DNA of 64,000 nt from Octopus sinensis (taxonomy: Eukaryota), in NCBI RefSeq assembly GCF_006345805.1, contig NC_043011.1:24626464-24690463 (forward strand). The letters run 5' to 3'. The position numbers and the translations under genes were made by a program. The notes below the pieces were generated by a model. That model did no database searches and had not been told where the DNA came from. It worked only from the letters and a program-made list of their open reading frames with translations. Of the stretch, positions 37,921 through 51,595 are shown one piece after another. The first letter of the stretch is position 1. Each line of letters opens with the position of its first letter.

Positions 37921-38689
37921 AAGCCAAAAATGGGAGACAGCACACCTGTGGGCCAAAGGCTGGAGTAAATGTGTTTGTGATGGAATTCCAATCAATTAAA
38001 TAGCCCTTTTTAACATATGACCCAGGTTGCCTATGTGTGTAACAGTACTCCACTGTGGGCCTTACTTGTGAGCCTTGTAGAGTCAGCAGTTGTCAGAAGC
38101 TGAAATATCTTCTGGCTTTGAAGAGAAAGATTATTCTTTAGGGTGTGTTACAAGCCATGCTAAAGATTTGCTTTCACTGAGAGAGATCCTTAGCATTATT
38201 GAGGCCCAGCATTTCGAATAACTGTGAGGGGGTCTAACTGAGTACTCTATATGATTAGAAGGGGTCGATGTTTTCATGATACGAATAGTGCTTAAGTTTT
38301 TTTTTTTGCTTTTTGGTGAGGAAGGGATTTGTTTTTTTATTCTTGAAAGAAACAAGATTGGCATGACCCCATTGGAGGATGCATAAGACTGTCATCAGCA
38401 TGCGATTGAGCATTGTTTGATACGGTAGCAAGCAAGTCACTGATGTACAGAAGGAAGAAAATAGGGTTAAAATGGCACCCTGGGAACACCAGAATTGATT
38501 GAGAGTAGAAAAGAATAACACTATCAGCACATACCACAATGGTGGAAGGCAAGGAAAGAGGGAATTAGGAGAGGGTGTGGAGAGGAGGAGGAGAGTTGGA
38601 AGGAAAGGGTTGGAGGAGGGGTGGTTGGAGGAGGCTGTAGAGGCTAATGGGAGGATGAAGATGAAGATTGGAAGGGATAAAAATGATGA

Positions 38690-38860
38690 TGATGAGGAGG
38701 AGGAGGAGGAGGAGGAAGAGGAGGAGGGAAGAAGAGAAGAAGAAGAAGAAGAAGAAGAAGAAGAAGAAGAAGGAGGAGGATGGGAAGGAAGAAGAACATT
38801 AAGAAAAAAAGAAAGAAAGAAAGAAAGAAAAAATGAAAGAAAGAAAGAGGAGAGGGAAGA
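38690..38860. repeat. (GAG)n(GAA)n(GAAA)n polypurine tract
   Basis: Direct inspection. Confidence 0.9.
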
Positions 38861-40450
38861 AAACAATGACAACAACTACTCACTGTTATTCAGACATTAC
38901 ATTCAACATGATAGATGATTAAGGTGGTTGCCATGTCACTCATCCGCATTTCTTATTTATTATATTCTGGCATAAGATAGAAAATATAATAAAATTTTCT
39001 TGCTTTCTATCCTAAAATATTTGATAAAGAGTTATAGGAAGTTTGAAAAGGAAATAATGGATGTTAACGATAGAGATGAGGCATAAGCCAATTCAAAAAC
39101 GCAGTCTTTAACAACATACCATAAATAATTAATTAAGCATAAATTTATTCATTCATGAGTGCATAGTAAATTCATTAGAAATGCTCTACTCTGTCTAAAG
39201 TGCAGTGCACATTAAAACATTTTCACAAAAACAGGGTCTCTCAAGTGTTGTAACAGCTGTAAACAAATGTTTTTCCTTCCTGCTATTGACAGGAAAAAAG
39301 TAAATCTACCCAACTGGTTTCAACTCTTATTTAATTATTATGATGGATAAGAATAGGTATCACTACAGAACACTGTACAATAGAAACAAGCACAGTTTGA
39401 ACATACAAAAACACTCATTCTGCTTCATCATTTTCGTGTGAAAGTAAATATTTTTCAAGGAAAATCATATATTATTTGAAAGTTCTGGATGTGAACTTTC
39501 TTCTCATACAGTTTTAAGTAAAATCTAACAGTTGCATATCATGTCAGGATCCTTCATAAATCATCGTATTTTCATGCATTTACAAAGTTTTCCCCATTTT
39601 TATTTATTTATTTGACTATCAAACAGCAGGCATCATTATAGATCAATGCACTTGCATGCTATAACCCAAGTTGTGTTAAAAATCATACTGTCTTGAAGAG
39701 GATGGTATTCACTTTATTTTGATATAAAAATTGGTGGAGGTAGGTCTCATAATCATTATGAAATAAAAAATTTAAAATTTCATTGTTATTTTTCACTTTG
39801 AAAAGAGCATATTTTCTTCAAGATTTTTAAATCAGAAGGAAAAGAATTTCTTACAAATTCAATATGGTCATTGATGATTCCTAAATTTTTTTCATAAAAA
39901 GCTCTGCTTGAGTCATAATAATTTCTGCTAGAACTAATTTGATCTCTGGTTGAACCATGATAATTTCAGGTTGAATTATTTTAGTCTCTGGTTGAGCCAG
40001 GATAATTCTTGGTCAAGTCACTTTGATCTCTGGTTGGACTATTTTGATTTCTGCTAGAACTATTTTGATCTCTGGTGGAACCATTCTAATCCCTAACTCT
40101 GCCACTGATTTTCCACTTTAACTAATCCCTAACTCTGCCATTGATTTTCCACTTTAACTTTGATTTCTATTAGAGCTATTTTGATTCCTGGTTTCAACCT
40201 TTTAATACCTAATTCAGTTATCTTTATCCTTAGTTTAACCAGTGTATGTTTGTGGGGGTGGGAGGCAAGTGTATGTGTGGGTGTTTGATTGTGCCCTTCA
40301 CCACTTAACGATTAGAGCTGGTTTGTTTACATCCCCATAACCTAGCAAGATTTAGTCAAACAACAGCATTTAGATTTTTAACTCTGGTACTTATTCTAAT
40401 AGTCTCTTTTTTACTAAACTGCAAGGTTATGGGGACGTAAACAAACCAGC

Positions 40451-40627
40451 ACATACATACAAGCAAAAATACCCTGTTGTTGATGTTGAAATTCCAGTGA
40501 AGGTACCTTGGATTTTGCTAGGTTAGAAATCAGCTCCTTTTCTATTGGCAATAAATCTCAAAATAAAACTGAACTATGACATACATACATACATACATAC
40601 ATACATACATACATACATACATACATA
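40451..40627 (+). mobile_element. 3' UTR-only copy of the CATA-tailed REL LINE
   Basis: gcaaaaataccctgttg..ctaggttagaaa.cagctcctt.tct.ttggca matches 20605-20720. Confidence 0.75.
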
Positions 40628-41083
40628 CGCACATACATACACACGCATGCACACACACACACACACACACATCCACACACATACCCTAGGTGTTTTGTAG
40701 TTATTGAAATAAAATGTGCTGAATATTACTGTGCAAGAAAATTGGACATAGTTTGTAAACTGAATGTTATATATATATATATATACATATACAAAAAAAA
40801 ACAGTAAAGTGTATTTATAAATGGTTGTTTATAAATGGTAATATAAGCAGAAATACCTTAGAAATATATCAGTTTATAGCATACTGTAAATATATACCCT
40901 ATAATAAAAAGGTGACATTTACTGCACTTAGGCAACTTTTCAAGAACTTTCTAAAACTAAACTGATTAAAATTAACAACAATTATTTTAATTATTTGCAA
41001 TTAATTGCTGAGAACATGGAAACCTTGTAACATGGGCTTATTTAAAACCATTACATTTTCCTTGTTTCATCTACCAGCATTGT

Positions 41084-41120
<37 letters not shown>

Positions 41121-42253
41121 GTGTATTATGCCCTGTAAATAATAAAAACATAGAAACATACATTTTCCATTAAAAAAAAATGGTATTCCATGAAATTTGC
41201 TTTGCAGTTAATTGCAACACAGTACAAAATAGATTAACTAATTAGAACGAATTATTCAAGAAAACAGAAAAAAATACACATAAATAAAACCAGTGGAATT
41301 GCTGTTGGTTATAACATGTGTAAATGCACGTGCAACTTGTCTGCTTTAGGTATGCAATAACTGCTTAATAAAATGAACAAGGAAGTCTTCAGTTGTTAAT
41401 ATGGATTCTTATGGTTTCAGTTTTGATTGTTCTGTAATTAGATTATGTAAACTGTTGCTCGACTGTCGGAATACGATGGTTGAGAAGAATGGCAGTTTGA
41501 TGTAAAAAGCTTCTAGTATGGGCGGTAGCACTCAGTGGTTTATTGCTTGTACTTAAGCAGGTTATGTTGAACATTATGAAATTTTATTAAATCTAAATAT
41601 ATTCTCAAGTGCTTTGAAGGGTTTTTATGATGAGTCATTGTTTAGCTCCAGTGTTTTGTAGTATTCACCAACTGAGATATAAATCTCCCATTGGACATGA
41701 ATACTGATCAGCAATGGTAGTTTGAATCAGCACTGGGATTTTCTATGTGGTGATTTATCTTACTTGAAATAACAGTCAGATCTCTTACTTGTATTCAACA
41801 ATCTTAAAAGGAATGAGAAAGAAGGATACATCGGAATAATATAGCCCTAGATACACTTTCCACCACAAGGTCCATTCCTTATGTGGTGTGGTATGGTGCA
41901 GTGTGATGTGGTGGCTTGTATGCCTCAATGAACCTGACACCTATTGCAATAGACCACATATACCTGGCAGAGCTTCCCATTCCATTCAGGTCAAAGGATA
42001 AAGGCCAGACTAATATAAAAAGCAAAGTTACACAGGCATTGATGGCAATTCAAAACCAACAAAATCCAGTGGAGCTAAGCCTTCCCTCAAGGAAGCATTT
42101 GGCATGTCAAGCCCTGACCTGAAACCCACAAGAAAGGCAGAAGAGAAGACACCCTTAAAAATCACTAACAGTGGGATACTGAAACAGAACTGAAAAGCAG
42201 GGATCCAACTGGGGGAAACAGAAAAAGACAGCCCAGAGTTAAGAAAAGTTGTC

Positions 42254-42695
42254 AATGTTCCACATGGAGTGAAGGGTTAAGGAAAATGTTCTACATGGAG
42301 TGAAGGGTTAAGGAAATGTTCCTCATGGAGTTCTAAAGGGTTAAGGAAAAAGAAAATACTGCACTTGAGAAAAAGATGTTATGGTCACAGTTAGGATGTC
42401 TTTGATCATAAGTCAGCTCAAATGTTTTGATCATAAGCCTACTTAAAATATTTTGATCATAAGCCTACTTGAATGTTTTGATCATAAATTTGCTTTAATA
42501 CTTTGATCATAAGTTTGCTTTAATATTTTGATCATAAATTTGCTTTAATATTTTGATCCTAAGTCTGCTTGAGTGTTTTGATCATAAGTCTGTTTGAATA
42601 CTTTGATCATAAGTGTGCTTGAATATTTTGATCATAAATTCTGCCCAAATATTTTGATCTTAAGTCTGCTCGAACGTTGTGAACGTAAGTCTGAC
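42254..42695. repeat. 31-bp repeat x3 (ending GGGTTAA), then a 25-bp minisatellite TTTTGATCATAAGTCTGCTTGAATA x ~12
   Basis: Direct inspection. Confidence 0.85.
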
Positions 42696-43074
42696 TTGGG
42701 ACTGTAAATGGATCATTTTCAGTTTACATAATTAGTATTCAGATGCCTAATTAACAGTTCATTTAATTCATGTACCTGTGACTGAGTATTCCATAAATAT
42801 GCATAGCCTTAATATGTACTTCAAGCAAGTTGAAGATTACACAGCAGAGTGAGGAGGCTGGACTTTTGAATTCTGAAGTGGTTTCCACAGCAAACCACTT
42901 CACATCCAATGCACTTAAGCACAGAGCACAGTTTCCATTGAATCAATTTCAAACACAAGATTTGTGTCAACCTTTGTGAAACTGTAGTGAAGGAAACTTA
43001 CTTAACGTGTCCCCAATGTAAAATCAAAACCTAAGGTTTGTAAAGTGAACTTGCAAGCCATCTGGCCACAATGC

Positions 43075-43120
43075 AACTGCACAGCAGCAACAACACCAAC
43101 AACAATAACCTCTGCTGCTG

Positions 43121-43157
<37 letters not shown>

Positions 43158-43642
43158 GACTACTAATACTACTACTACTACGATTACTACTACTACTTGT
43201 AATACTGCTGCTGCTGTTGCTACTAGTACTACTACTACTACTACTACTACTGCGACTACTACTACTAATACTAATACTGCTATTGCTGCTACTACTACTA
43301 CTGCTACTGCTGTAGCTGCTGCTACTACTGCTACTACTACTACTACTACTATACTACTACTACTACTACTACTACTACTACCACTACTACTACTACGACT
43401 GTTGAACTTCAAATGGATTGAGCTTACATGAGTTATCCTAGTTTAGCAGGCCAGGTAGGAGGACCTAAGAAGCTTATGTATGCTGCTCTTTTCCGTCAGA
43501 CATTCTAATAGTTTGTAGTGCACTTAAGCTCTGTGAACTGTACGATCGTCAACATCATTATCACCATCGTCATCACCATCAGCGTCATCATCATCACTAT
43601 CATTGCCACTACCACATCAACATCATCATGACCTGCACCATT

Positions 43643-43692
<50 letters not shown>

Positions 43693-43750
43693 CATCATCA
43701 TAATCATCATCATCATCACCATCAACACCATCATCATTATCATCATTAAT
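43075..43750. repeat. (CTA/CTG)n and (CAT)n trinucleotide tracts
   Basis: Direct inspection. Confidence 0.9.
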
Positions 43751-44053
43751 CGTTACCTTTTATAGTTATATTTGCAATGAAATACCAATGCTTATGTTTT
43801 TTCAATTAATTTTGAAAGTGATTAAGAATTGGAAGAGGGATTTAGTAAAAGCAACAAAATTTTTTGGTAAATTGAGTTGATGTTTAGAAAATAACTTGAT
43901 TAAAAGAAAAAAAAACCCATTTATTACAGAAAATTATAATGGAAGAATTTAATTTAAATTCAAACACGTAAAAAGTTGAAATGTTGTGTTGTAGGAGCAG
44001 AGATGGTTTTGGAGAAATTATTATCAAAAATGGTTAAGCTGTTCTAAACAACC

Positions 44054-44277
44054 TATTTCTTTATTACCCACAAGGGGCTAAACACAGAGGGGACAAACAA
44101 GAACAGACATAGGTATTAAGTCGATTACATCGACCCCAGTGCGTAACTGGTACTTAATTAATCGACCCTGAAAGGATGAAAGGAAAAGTCGACCTCGGCG
44201 GAATTTGAACTCAGAACGTAACGGCAGAGGAAATACGGTTACGCAATTCGTCCGACGTGCTAACATTTCTGCCAGAT
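44054..44277 (-). mobile_element. SINE family A copy
   Basis: Reverse complement of 19505-19738. Confidence 0.9.
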
Positions 44278-44319
44278 CAAAATATGTGAGAAAAGTTACA
44301 CTTATAGGTGCAAGCATTG

Positions 44320-44976
44320 CTGTGTGTTTAATAAACTCACTTTACAACCACAAGGTTCTGGGTTCAGTCCCATTGCACACCACTTTGGACAAGTGCCTTC
44401 TACTATATAGCCTTCAGCTAACCAAAGCTCTGGGAGTGGATTTGGTAGATGGAAACTGACAGAAGCTAATTGTATATATTATGTGCATGTGTATGTCTGT
44501 GAGTGTGTATGCATGTGTGTGTGTGTGTGTTTGTATGTGTGTGTGTGTTTGTGTGTGCATATGTTTGTATATAGGCACAGGCGTGGCTGTATGGTAAGAA
44601 GCTTGGTTCAGTCCCACCATGTGACACCTTGGACAAATGTCTTCTACTATAGCTTCAGGCTGACCAAAGCCTTGTGGGTGGATTTGGTAGAGAGAAACTG
44701 AAAGAAGCATCTCATATATATATATATATATATATTTATTATATAGAAGGAGCTTCTACAGGACTAGAACTGTTTCATTCAAGAGAATCTTCAGGAAGCT
44801 CAGTGCTTCTGACGAAGATTTCTCTTGAATGAAACAGTTCTAGTCCTGTAGAAGCTCCTTCTATATAATAAATTAATTTTACTCTGCTATGTATGAGTAC
44901 CTTATTTACGGTGGTTAAACCCCGAATCAACCGGGACCTACATACATATATATATATATATATGTGTGTGTGTGTA

Positions 44977-45020
<44 letters not shown>

Positions 45021-45330
45021 TATACACATATAATATACATATATACATATATACATATATACACACACACATATATATATGTATGTATGTATGTATGCAT
45101 GTATATATCTATATGTGTGTGTCATTGTCTCTGTGTTTGTCCCCTCAATTACCACTTGGCAGCTTAGTATTGGAGTGTTTACATCCCCATTACTTAGTAG
45201 TTCAGCAAAAGAGGCTGATAGATTAAGTACTAGACTTACAAAGAATAAGTCTTGAGGTTGATTTCTTCAACTAAAACCATTTCAGGCAGTGCTCCAGCAA
45301 GGCCACAATCAAATGATTGAAACAAGTAAA
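44320..45330 (+). mobile_element. Two SINE family B heads (44320-44480, 44578-44710); the second continues at 45110-45330 after a TA-embedded insertion
   Basis: Family B 5' and 3' halves are separated by (TA)n and the fold-back at 44741-44940. Confidence 0.7.
44750..44801 (-). ncRNA. Type I hammerhead in the left arm of a fold-back (degenerate mirror copy on plus, 44803-44857)
   Basis: GAGCUUC-CUGAAGA-UUC(UCUU)GAA-U-GAAA-CAG(UUCUAGUC)CU-GUA-GAAGCUC. Stem I 7 bp, stem III ACAG/CUGU around the palindrome CUAG. Confidence 0.65.
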
Positions 45331-45811
45331 AGGATAAAAGAAAAGAAGAATGTCTTTATGCTTGTTTGTCCCGACTCACTGCTTGAGCATGCTTACAAGA
45401 CCTGTAACTTGGTGGTTCAGCAAAGTGAGATTGATAGAGTAAATTGCCAATTTATTTAGTGCTGGTTGAGTTCCATATCTGCACAGTAGATTCGAAAAAT
45501 TAGAACCTATAAACACGTGGCTGATTACTTATAGCTCCATGTCTATGTATTCAGTCTTGGCAACCTACTGAAGACGCAGCGCCAGATATAGACTGAGATT
45601 ATTTATTTCAATCTGTATTTAAGTCTGCAGAAACCTTGCAGGGTCTAGAATTAAGGTAAACGTTTTTATTTTCCAATCAATTTCGGAATTACAACAATTA
45701 GTGGCTTGGAGTTTAACTGCTCTTTCTAGTGAGTCAAATATCTTATTCTTTGGGTATTTCTTTTGTGTTTGAATGTATACTGTATTCTTCTCTGAATTAT
45801 ATATCCGGGAT

Positions 45812-46045
45812 CCGGGACCCCCTTCGGTCACGACACTGACCATGGGATTGCACCTAGAAAGTTACCCTCCTAGTCACAAGTCTGGGCATGGTTGTTTATG
45901 GAAGACCAGCAGTTACCCATGCATACTGGCCTCCCCTCTCCACGCCACCAGTGTTATCCAAGGGAAAGGCAAAGGCTGATACAGCTTGGCACTCGTGACG
46001 TCGCAACTCACGATCGTAAGCTCGACGCTCTAACCACTGAGCCAT
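45812..46045 (-). mobile_element. SINE family E copy with an internally deleted tRNA head
   Basis: Minus-strand head ATGGCTCAGTGGTTAGAGCGTCGAGC; body related to 9985-10200. Confidence 0.7.
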
Positions 46046-46239
46046 ATATCATTCGTCATGCTTGAATGCTGAATTCTACACCGTTTTTTTTCATTCCATC
46101 TCTGTTTAATTTCTCATAAATCTCTCTGTCAAAGAGTGTAGGCTCGAAACATAATTAGATAGATGGATGGATGGATGGATGGATGGATGGATGGATGGAT
46201 GGATGGATGGATGGATGGATGGATGTCTTCAATAGTAAT

Positions 46240-46693
46240 AACTACTGAGTTTCTTAATTATTTGGATACTCCTGGAATGCCTTCTCACAAACTGATATTG
46301 AAGAAAGGAGTTCCACTCATGCCTTTGAGGAATCTGGATCCCCCAAAGCTGTGCAATGGAACAAGACTGATTGTCAGGTAAATGCATCCACATCTTTTGG
46401 AAGCAACAATCCTTACTGGACAAGGAAAGTGATAAAATGTGTTTATTTCAAGAATTACACTGATTCCAACAGACATGCCCTTTGAATTCAAGAGACTTCA
46501 ATTTCCAATAAGAGTTGGTTTTGTAATATCAATTAACATGAGTCAAGGACAATCACTCAAAATTGTTGGACTTCATCACATGTAGCACTGCTTTTCTCGT
46601 GGTTGTTCCAGAGTTGGAAATGGCAACAATCTCTTCATACTCACACCAAATGGTAAAACCAAGAATATTGTTTATCCTGTTGCTTTACAGTAA
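46240..46693 (+). pseudogene. Helitron PIF1-like helicase C-terminal fragment (stops and frameshifts)
   Basis: [88 protein letters not shown]. Confidence 0.9.
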
Positions 46694-46939
46694 AGTACAA
46701 ATGTCACAGTGATACAAAATTCTACAAATGTGATATTCTATGATATAAATCTGAGATGGTAAGATACCAATAAATGCTTTATTATTACTTCTATGTTTAG
46801 TTTTGGGCTGCAGGCCAAATTAGACCTCTGCCAGAGCTAGAATAAAATTCTGCACAGAGTGTGGCTTTTAAGCACAGTGTGTGTGTGTTTGTGTGTGTGG
46901 TGTGGTATCAGATGTTAAATGATGACAATGATGATTTTA

Positions 46940-47005
46940 TATTATATGTTTTTACATATATATAATATATATATACATAATATATATATTTGTATATATT
47001 TATAT

Positions 47006-47037
<32 letters not shown>

Positions 47038-47077
47038 TCTATATATTATATTAATATACATATATGTATAAATATTT

Positions 47078-47111
<34 letters not shown>

Positions 47112-47539
47112 CTATATATAAAGATATATATACAGATAACTATATATATATATATTATATATATATATATATACACATGCATTCATATGTATTATTATGT
47201 GTGTATCCGTCACAATTTATATCAGTGAAGGATCTATAAACATTGCTGATAACTCTAAAGAAAAACAAAAAAATACCATGACTGCTTTTCAAACGAAGTT
47301 CGATGCATTGACTTCAACACACCCTTGTCACACTCACCGGCAGAAATTCTGTGAAACAGGGATAGGACCCATTGGAAACCTATAACCAATGATTACTATT
47401 GTTCACAAATTGCCATGTAAAATAAACATTATATTTATATATATATATATATATCTATATATATATAATGGCTATATACGTACATATATACATACATACA
47501 TATATACATTATATATATTTATTTTTATATAAGTGTGTA

Positions 47540-47579
<40 letters not shown>

Positions 47580-47765
47580 TATACATATATATATCTATGT
47601 ATGTATATATATATATGCTTGTGTGTATATATATTATGTGATATATATATATAACATATATACATATATGTGTGTATATATATATATATATGTATATATA
47701 TATACACATATATACATACATACATAAATACATACATATATACACATATATATATATATATAAAA
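46940..47765. repeat. (TA)n-rich tracts with a 230-bp unique spacer (47200-47430)
   Basis: Direct inspection. Confidence 0.9.
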
Positions 47766-48328
47766 TACGCACTCAAACATATAGAAAACTACCTTGTATG
47801 TTGCAGTATTAGATATGTGTACCTGAAAAAGAGGAAAAAAGAAAAGATGATCCAGTCAATACCAGAATGCCTTTGATCATAGGGCTGATCAATCAGGACT
47901 GATCTAGGACGAAACAACAATAACAGCAACAACAATAACATTAATAGAAAATAATCATTTCTAACAGAGACACAATTCTGCAAATTGTGAGAGCGGTGTA
48001 GAGTTAGTGATATCAAAAAATTCCTCCTTCTCCTCATCCTTTCTTCCTTCAATATCTGACTAGTATTTTTTGTTTTATTGACCCCTGAAGGATGAAAATC
48101 GAATTCCATTTCCTTCTCCTCTACCACACCATTTAGGGTTGTTAAATTAAGCTATGAGAAGGGGTTGCACTATTTTCCAGGACTGTGTGATGAAATTTCT
48201 GTTATTTTTAATTTGAGTTGCTTGCCACTTAAAAATTTAAAGTTAAAAAATTCTATTGAATTATCAACAAAATGAATTAGGATCCACCTCCAGGCAATTT
48301 TTATACATGCATATGTACACACATGCAC

Positions 48329-48362
<34 letters not shown>

Positions 48363-48382
48363 ATACATTCATACACAACACA

Positions 48383-48446
<64 letters not shown>

Positions 48447-48469
48447 TGTTTTTATATATTATACATAAA

Positions 48470-48580
48470 GGTGCATGGCCTGGTAGTTAGGATGTTGCAC
48501 TCATAATCACAAGATTGTGGTTTCAATTCCCAGACTGGTGGTGTGTTATGCTCTTAAGCAAAACACCTCATTTCACATTG
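48470..48580 (+). mobile_element. SINE family D-like tRNA head fragment
   Basis: ggtgcatggcctggtagttagg..ggtttcaattcccagac..aagcaaaacacc. Confidence 0.6.
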
Positions 48581-50394
48581 TTGAAAGAAATTTCCTGAAG
48601 GAAGGCTTTCTCCTCCCAGGTCTTGCTGGTTTTGAATTGTCATTGATGCTTCTGTGACTCTGCTTGTTTTTATGCAAGCCCATTTTTATCTCTGAGAAAA
48701 ATCGGTCCTTATTAGTCTGCCCTCTATCCTTTACCTGTCCAGCATGAAATGATGCCCAACCAGAAGCCTACACTCCACTGGCATTGTTCACAGGGTCATT
48801 GAGGCATACAAGGCACAGCACTACAACAAGGACTGGACTTTATAGAACCCTCCCTTGCTCATATCATTGTTGTAGGTGTTGACATGAATTGGTTCAAGAG
48901 AAACATCAAGATTATCAATCTTACCAGACAACCTCAATGGTTTTGGAAGGCCAGTTGAGACCATGAGAACTACCCTTCCCCCAGACCTAACAAGTGAAAA
49001 AGATATCCTACAAAGGTCAACTTGGCCTCTTATTCATGCAGAGGTTGATAAAATAAGTAAAGTACCATTTAAATAACTGAGGCTGATATAATTGACTAAT
49101 CTTTTCTTGAAATATATGGTCTTACAGCTGAGTTGGAAACGAGTATTTTCCAATTAAACAGATGAAAGTAGTAGTGTAGTAGTAGTGGTGGTGGTGGTGG
49201 TGGTGGTGGTGGTGGTGGTGGTGGTTGATTTTGCTGTTGTTGTTGCTGCAGCTGTTGTTGCTGCAGCTGTTGTTGCTGTTTCTGTTATTGTTGTTGTCTT
49301 TTAGCACCAGGTTAACTGTAATCAAAACTGGCCTATAATCTGACTGAAAATGTTCCAGAAGTGACCACTAACCTGACTTAGAATCCATAATGTGTCCATG
49401 CTTTTAAGTCAGTGGGATTGAAATTTGAGGGATATTTTGTTGCGCTATTACTAGCAAAATGAACAATTAACATTGAAGCTCCTTCTTTGGCTCATAGCAG
49501 ATAGAAGTATCCGTGCCATATATGATGACCAATGTGTCAGCCTCCAGTCAGTGACTGAACTGATATCAGCATAAGATATAAATATTTCAATTGGTCAAGA
49601 AAGTGGTAAGGGCTGGGTGGAGTGGGTCAGTTGTCCACTTCTTGAACTAGTTAGTTATGGCATCATAATTTCACAAAGTTATATTGATTATGAATTTCCA
49701 CATTATCCCTTAATTGTATCAGTTCTCAAAGAAGATGAATTCTGAGCATAAACTCTAATCAAATGTCTTTTAATTTTCTATGTTGGATTGATCTTGGATT
49801 GCCAATAATCCAGTATCCATGGATGACCGATAATCAATTGACTTTTGATTGCCAATAAGTTTAATCAGCATCAGTTAGTATTTCTCCTGCAAGCTCCATT
49901 CTATCAATGTCCTTATCATCAATGGTATTAATTAATTAATGCCATTATTTCAAATACCAAAATACCATTCTAGCCTCACCTTTGCAATACTGTGCCCAAT
50001 AAATCTATTCCATCCTATTATCCATACTGTGCTCAAGCTAAATATTATGTTGTTGTTGTTTAGATCCCTCCCCTCCATATCAGCCTTGATTGAGCAGACC
50101 TATGATCAAAGACGTTCTAGCCATAACCATCCCATCAATAATTCAGATGTAATGCATTGAATGGGTCCTTTTTCTTTTAAGACATGCGATGTGATCTGAG
50201 GGAGAATTTGGTTGCTAATTCTAGCAAGCTGAACGTCTACATACAGACTCCCTCATAATTTAGATGGCTAAGTTGATGGAAGGTGGTCAAACAACTGACT
50301 GGTAAGGTAAGGGTTTGTGTTTCACGTTCTGTTGTGATTTCTGCGATACATCCATGACCAAGACATAAAAGCAAGATCTTGACTACCCAGTTTC

Positions 50395-50770
50395 ATCATC
50401 ATCATCATCATCATCATCGTTTAACATATTCTTTCCATGCTAGCATGGGTTGGACGATTTGACTGAGGACTAGCGAACCAGATGGCTGCACCTGGCTCCA
50501 ATCTTGATTTGGCAGAGTTTCTACAGCTGGATGCCCTTCCTAACACCAACCACTCCGAGAGTGTAGTGGGTGCTTTTACGTGCGGCTGGCATGAGGGCCA
50601 GTCAGGCAGTACTGGCAACAGCCACGGAAAAATCGTTTTTTTTTTTTAGTTAGCCGCTCTGGCAATGATCACACTTGGATGGTGATCTTAGTGCTCCACT
50701 AGCACGGATGCCAGTCAACAAATTTGATTTCAATTCTGATTTCACTTGCCTCAACATGTCTTTGCAAGCA
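50395..50770 (-). mobile_element. RTE 3'-end copy
   Basis: (CAT)n, RTE 3' UTR and the ctcacttgcctcaac..gtctttgcaag module. Confidence 0.85.
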
Positions 50771-51055
50771 GTGTCCAATGAGCTATATAGCAATAACATG
50801 GGGCAGTAATAGGACATAGCTGTAAGAATCAGTAATGCTGTAGAATTTATAACTAAATTACAGATCTGGTGGGGTGAAAGCATCTATTCAACCTATGGGG
50901 TTCAGAAAGTTACCTGTAGTAGACTGGCATCACATTCAAGAGGAGTTGTTTCTCTCATATGCTTCTTACTATAAAAACAAGAATAAGTACCAGACTATTG
51001 GAATTTTAAAAAAGGAAACAACACCAACAATAACAATGACAGCAATAATAAAAAT

Positions 51056-51370
51056 CATCATCAGCAGCATCATCGTTTAATGTCCGCTTTCCATGCTAGC
51101 ATGGGTTGGACGATTTGACTGAGGACTGGCGAACCAGATGGCTGCACCAGGCTCCAATCTTAATCTGGCAGAGTTTTTACAGCTGGATGCCCTTCCTAAC
51201 GCCAACCACTCCAAGAGTGTAGTGGGTGCTTTTACGTGCCACCGGCACAAGGGCCAGTCAGGTGGTACTGGCAATGACCATGCTCAAATGGTGTTTTTTA
51301 TGTGTCACCTGCACAGGAGCCCATCCAGTGGCACTGGCAACAACCTCGCTCGAATGTTTTTTCACATGCC
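51056..51370 (-). mobile_element. RTE 3'-end copy
   Basis: Near-identical to the 50395 copy over ~200 bp. Confidence 0.85.
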
Positions 51371-51384
51371 ATAATGACCCTTTT

Positions 51385-51595
51385 TACTACAGACACAAGG
51401 TCTGAAATTTGTGGGAAGGGGACTAGTCAAATACATCAACCCCAGTGTTTCACTGGTACCTATTTTATTGGCCCTGAAAGGATGAAAAGCAAAGTTGATC
51501 TCTGTGGAATTTGAACTCAGAATGTAGCAGCAGATGAAATACCACTAAGCATTTCGCCCAGCATGCTAATGTTTCTGTCAGCTCACCGCCTTAGT
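51385..51595 (-). mobile_element. SINE family A copy
   Basis: Family A motifs, reverse orientation. Confidence 0.8.

Noticed and set aside
41480-41830. Very degraded GIY-YIG/PLE-like peptides on minus (QYSCPMGDLY.., LEAFYIK)
   Set aside because: Too fragmentary to support without a profile search.
42396-42695. 25-bp palindromic repeats superficially like a CRISPR array
   Set aside because: The units are contiguous with no unique spacers, there are no cas genes, and the context is eukaryotic.
49700-49930. Coding-looking minus-strand stretch (IDDKDIDRMELAGEILTDAD*)
   Set aside because: Multiple stops, no clear splice acceptor, and no recognised family.
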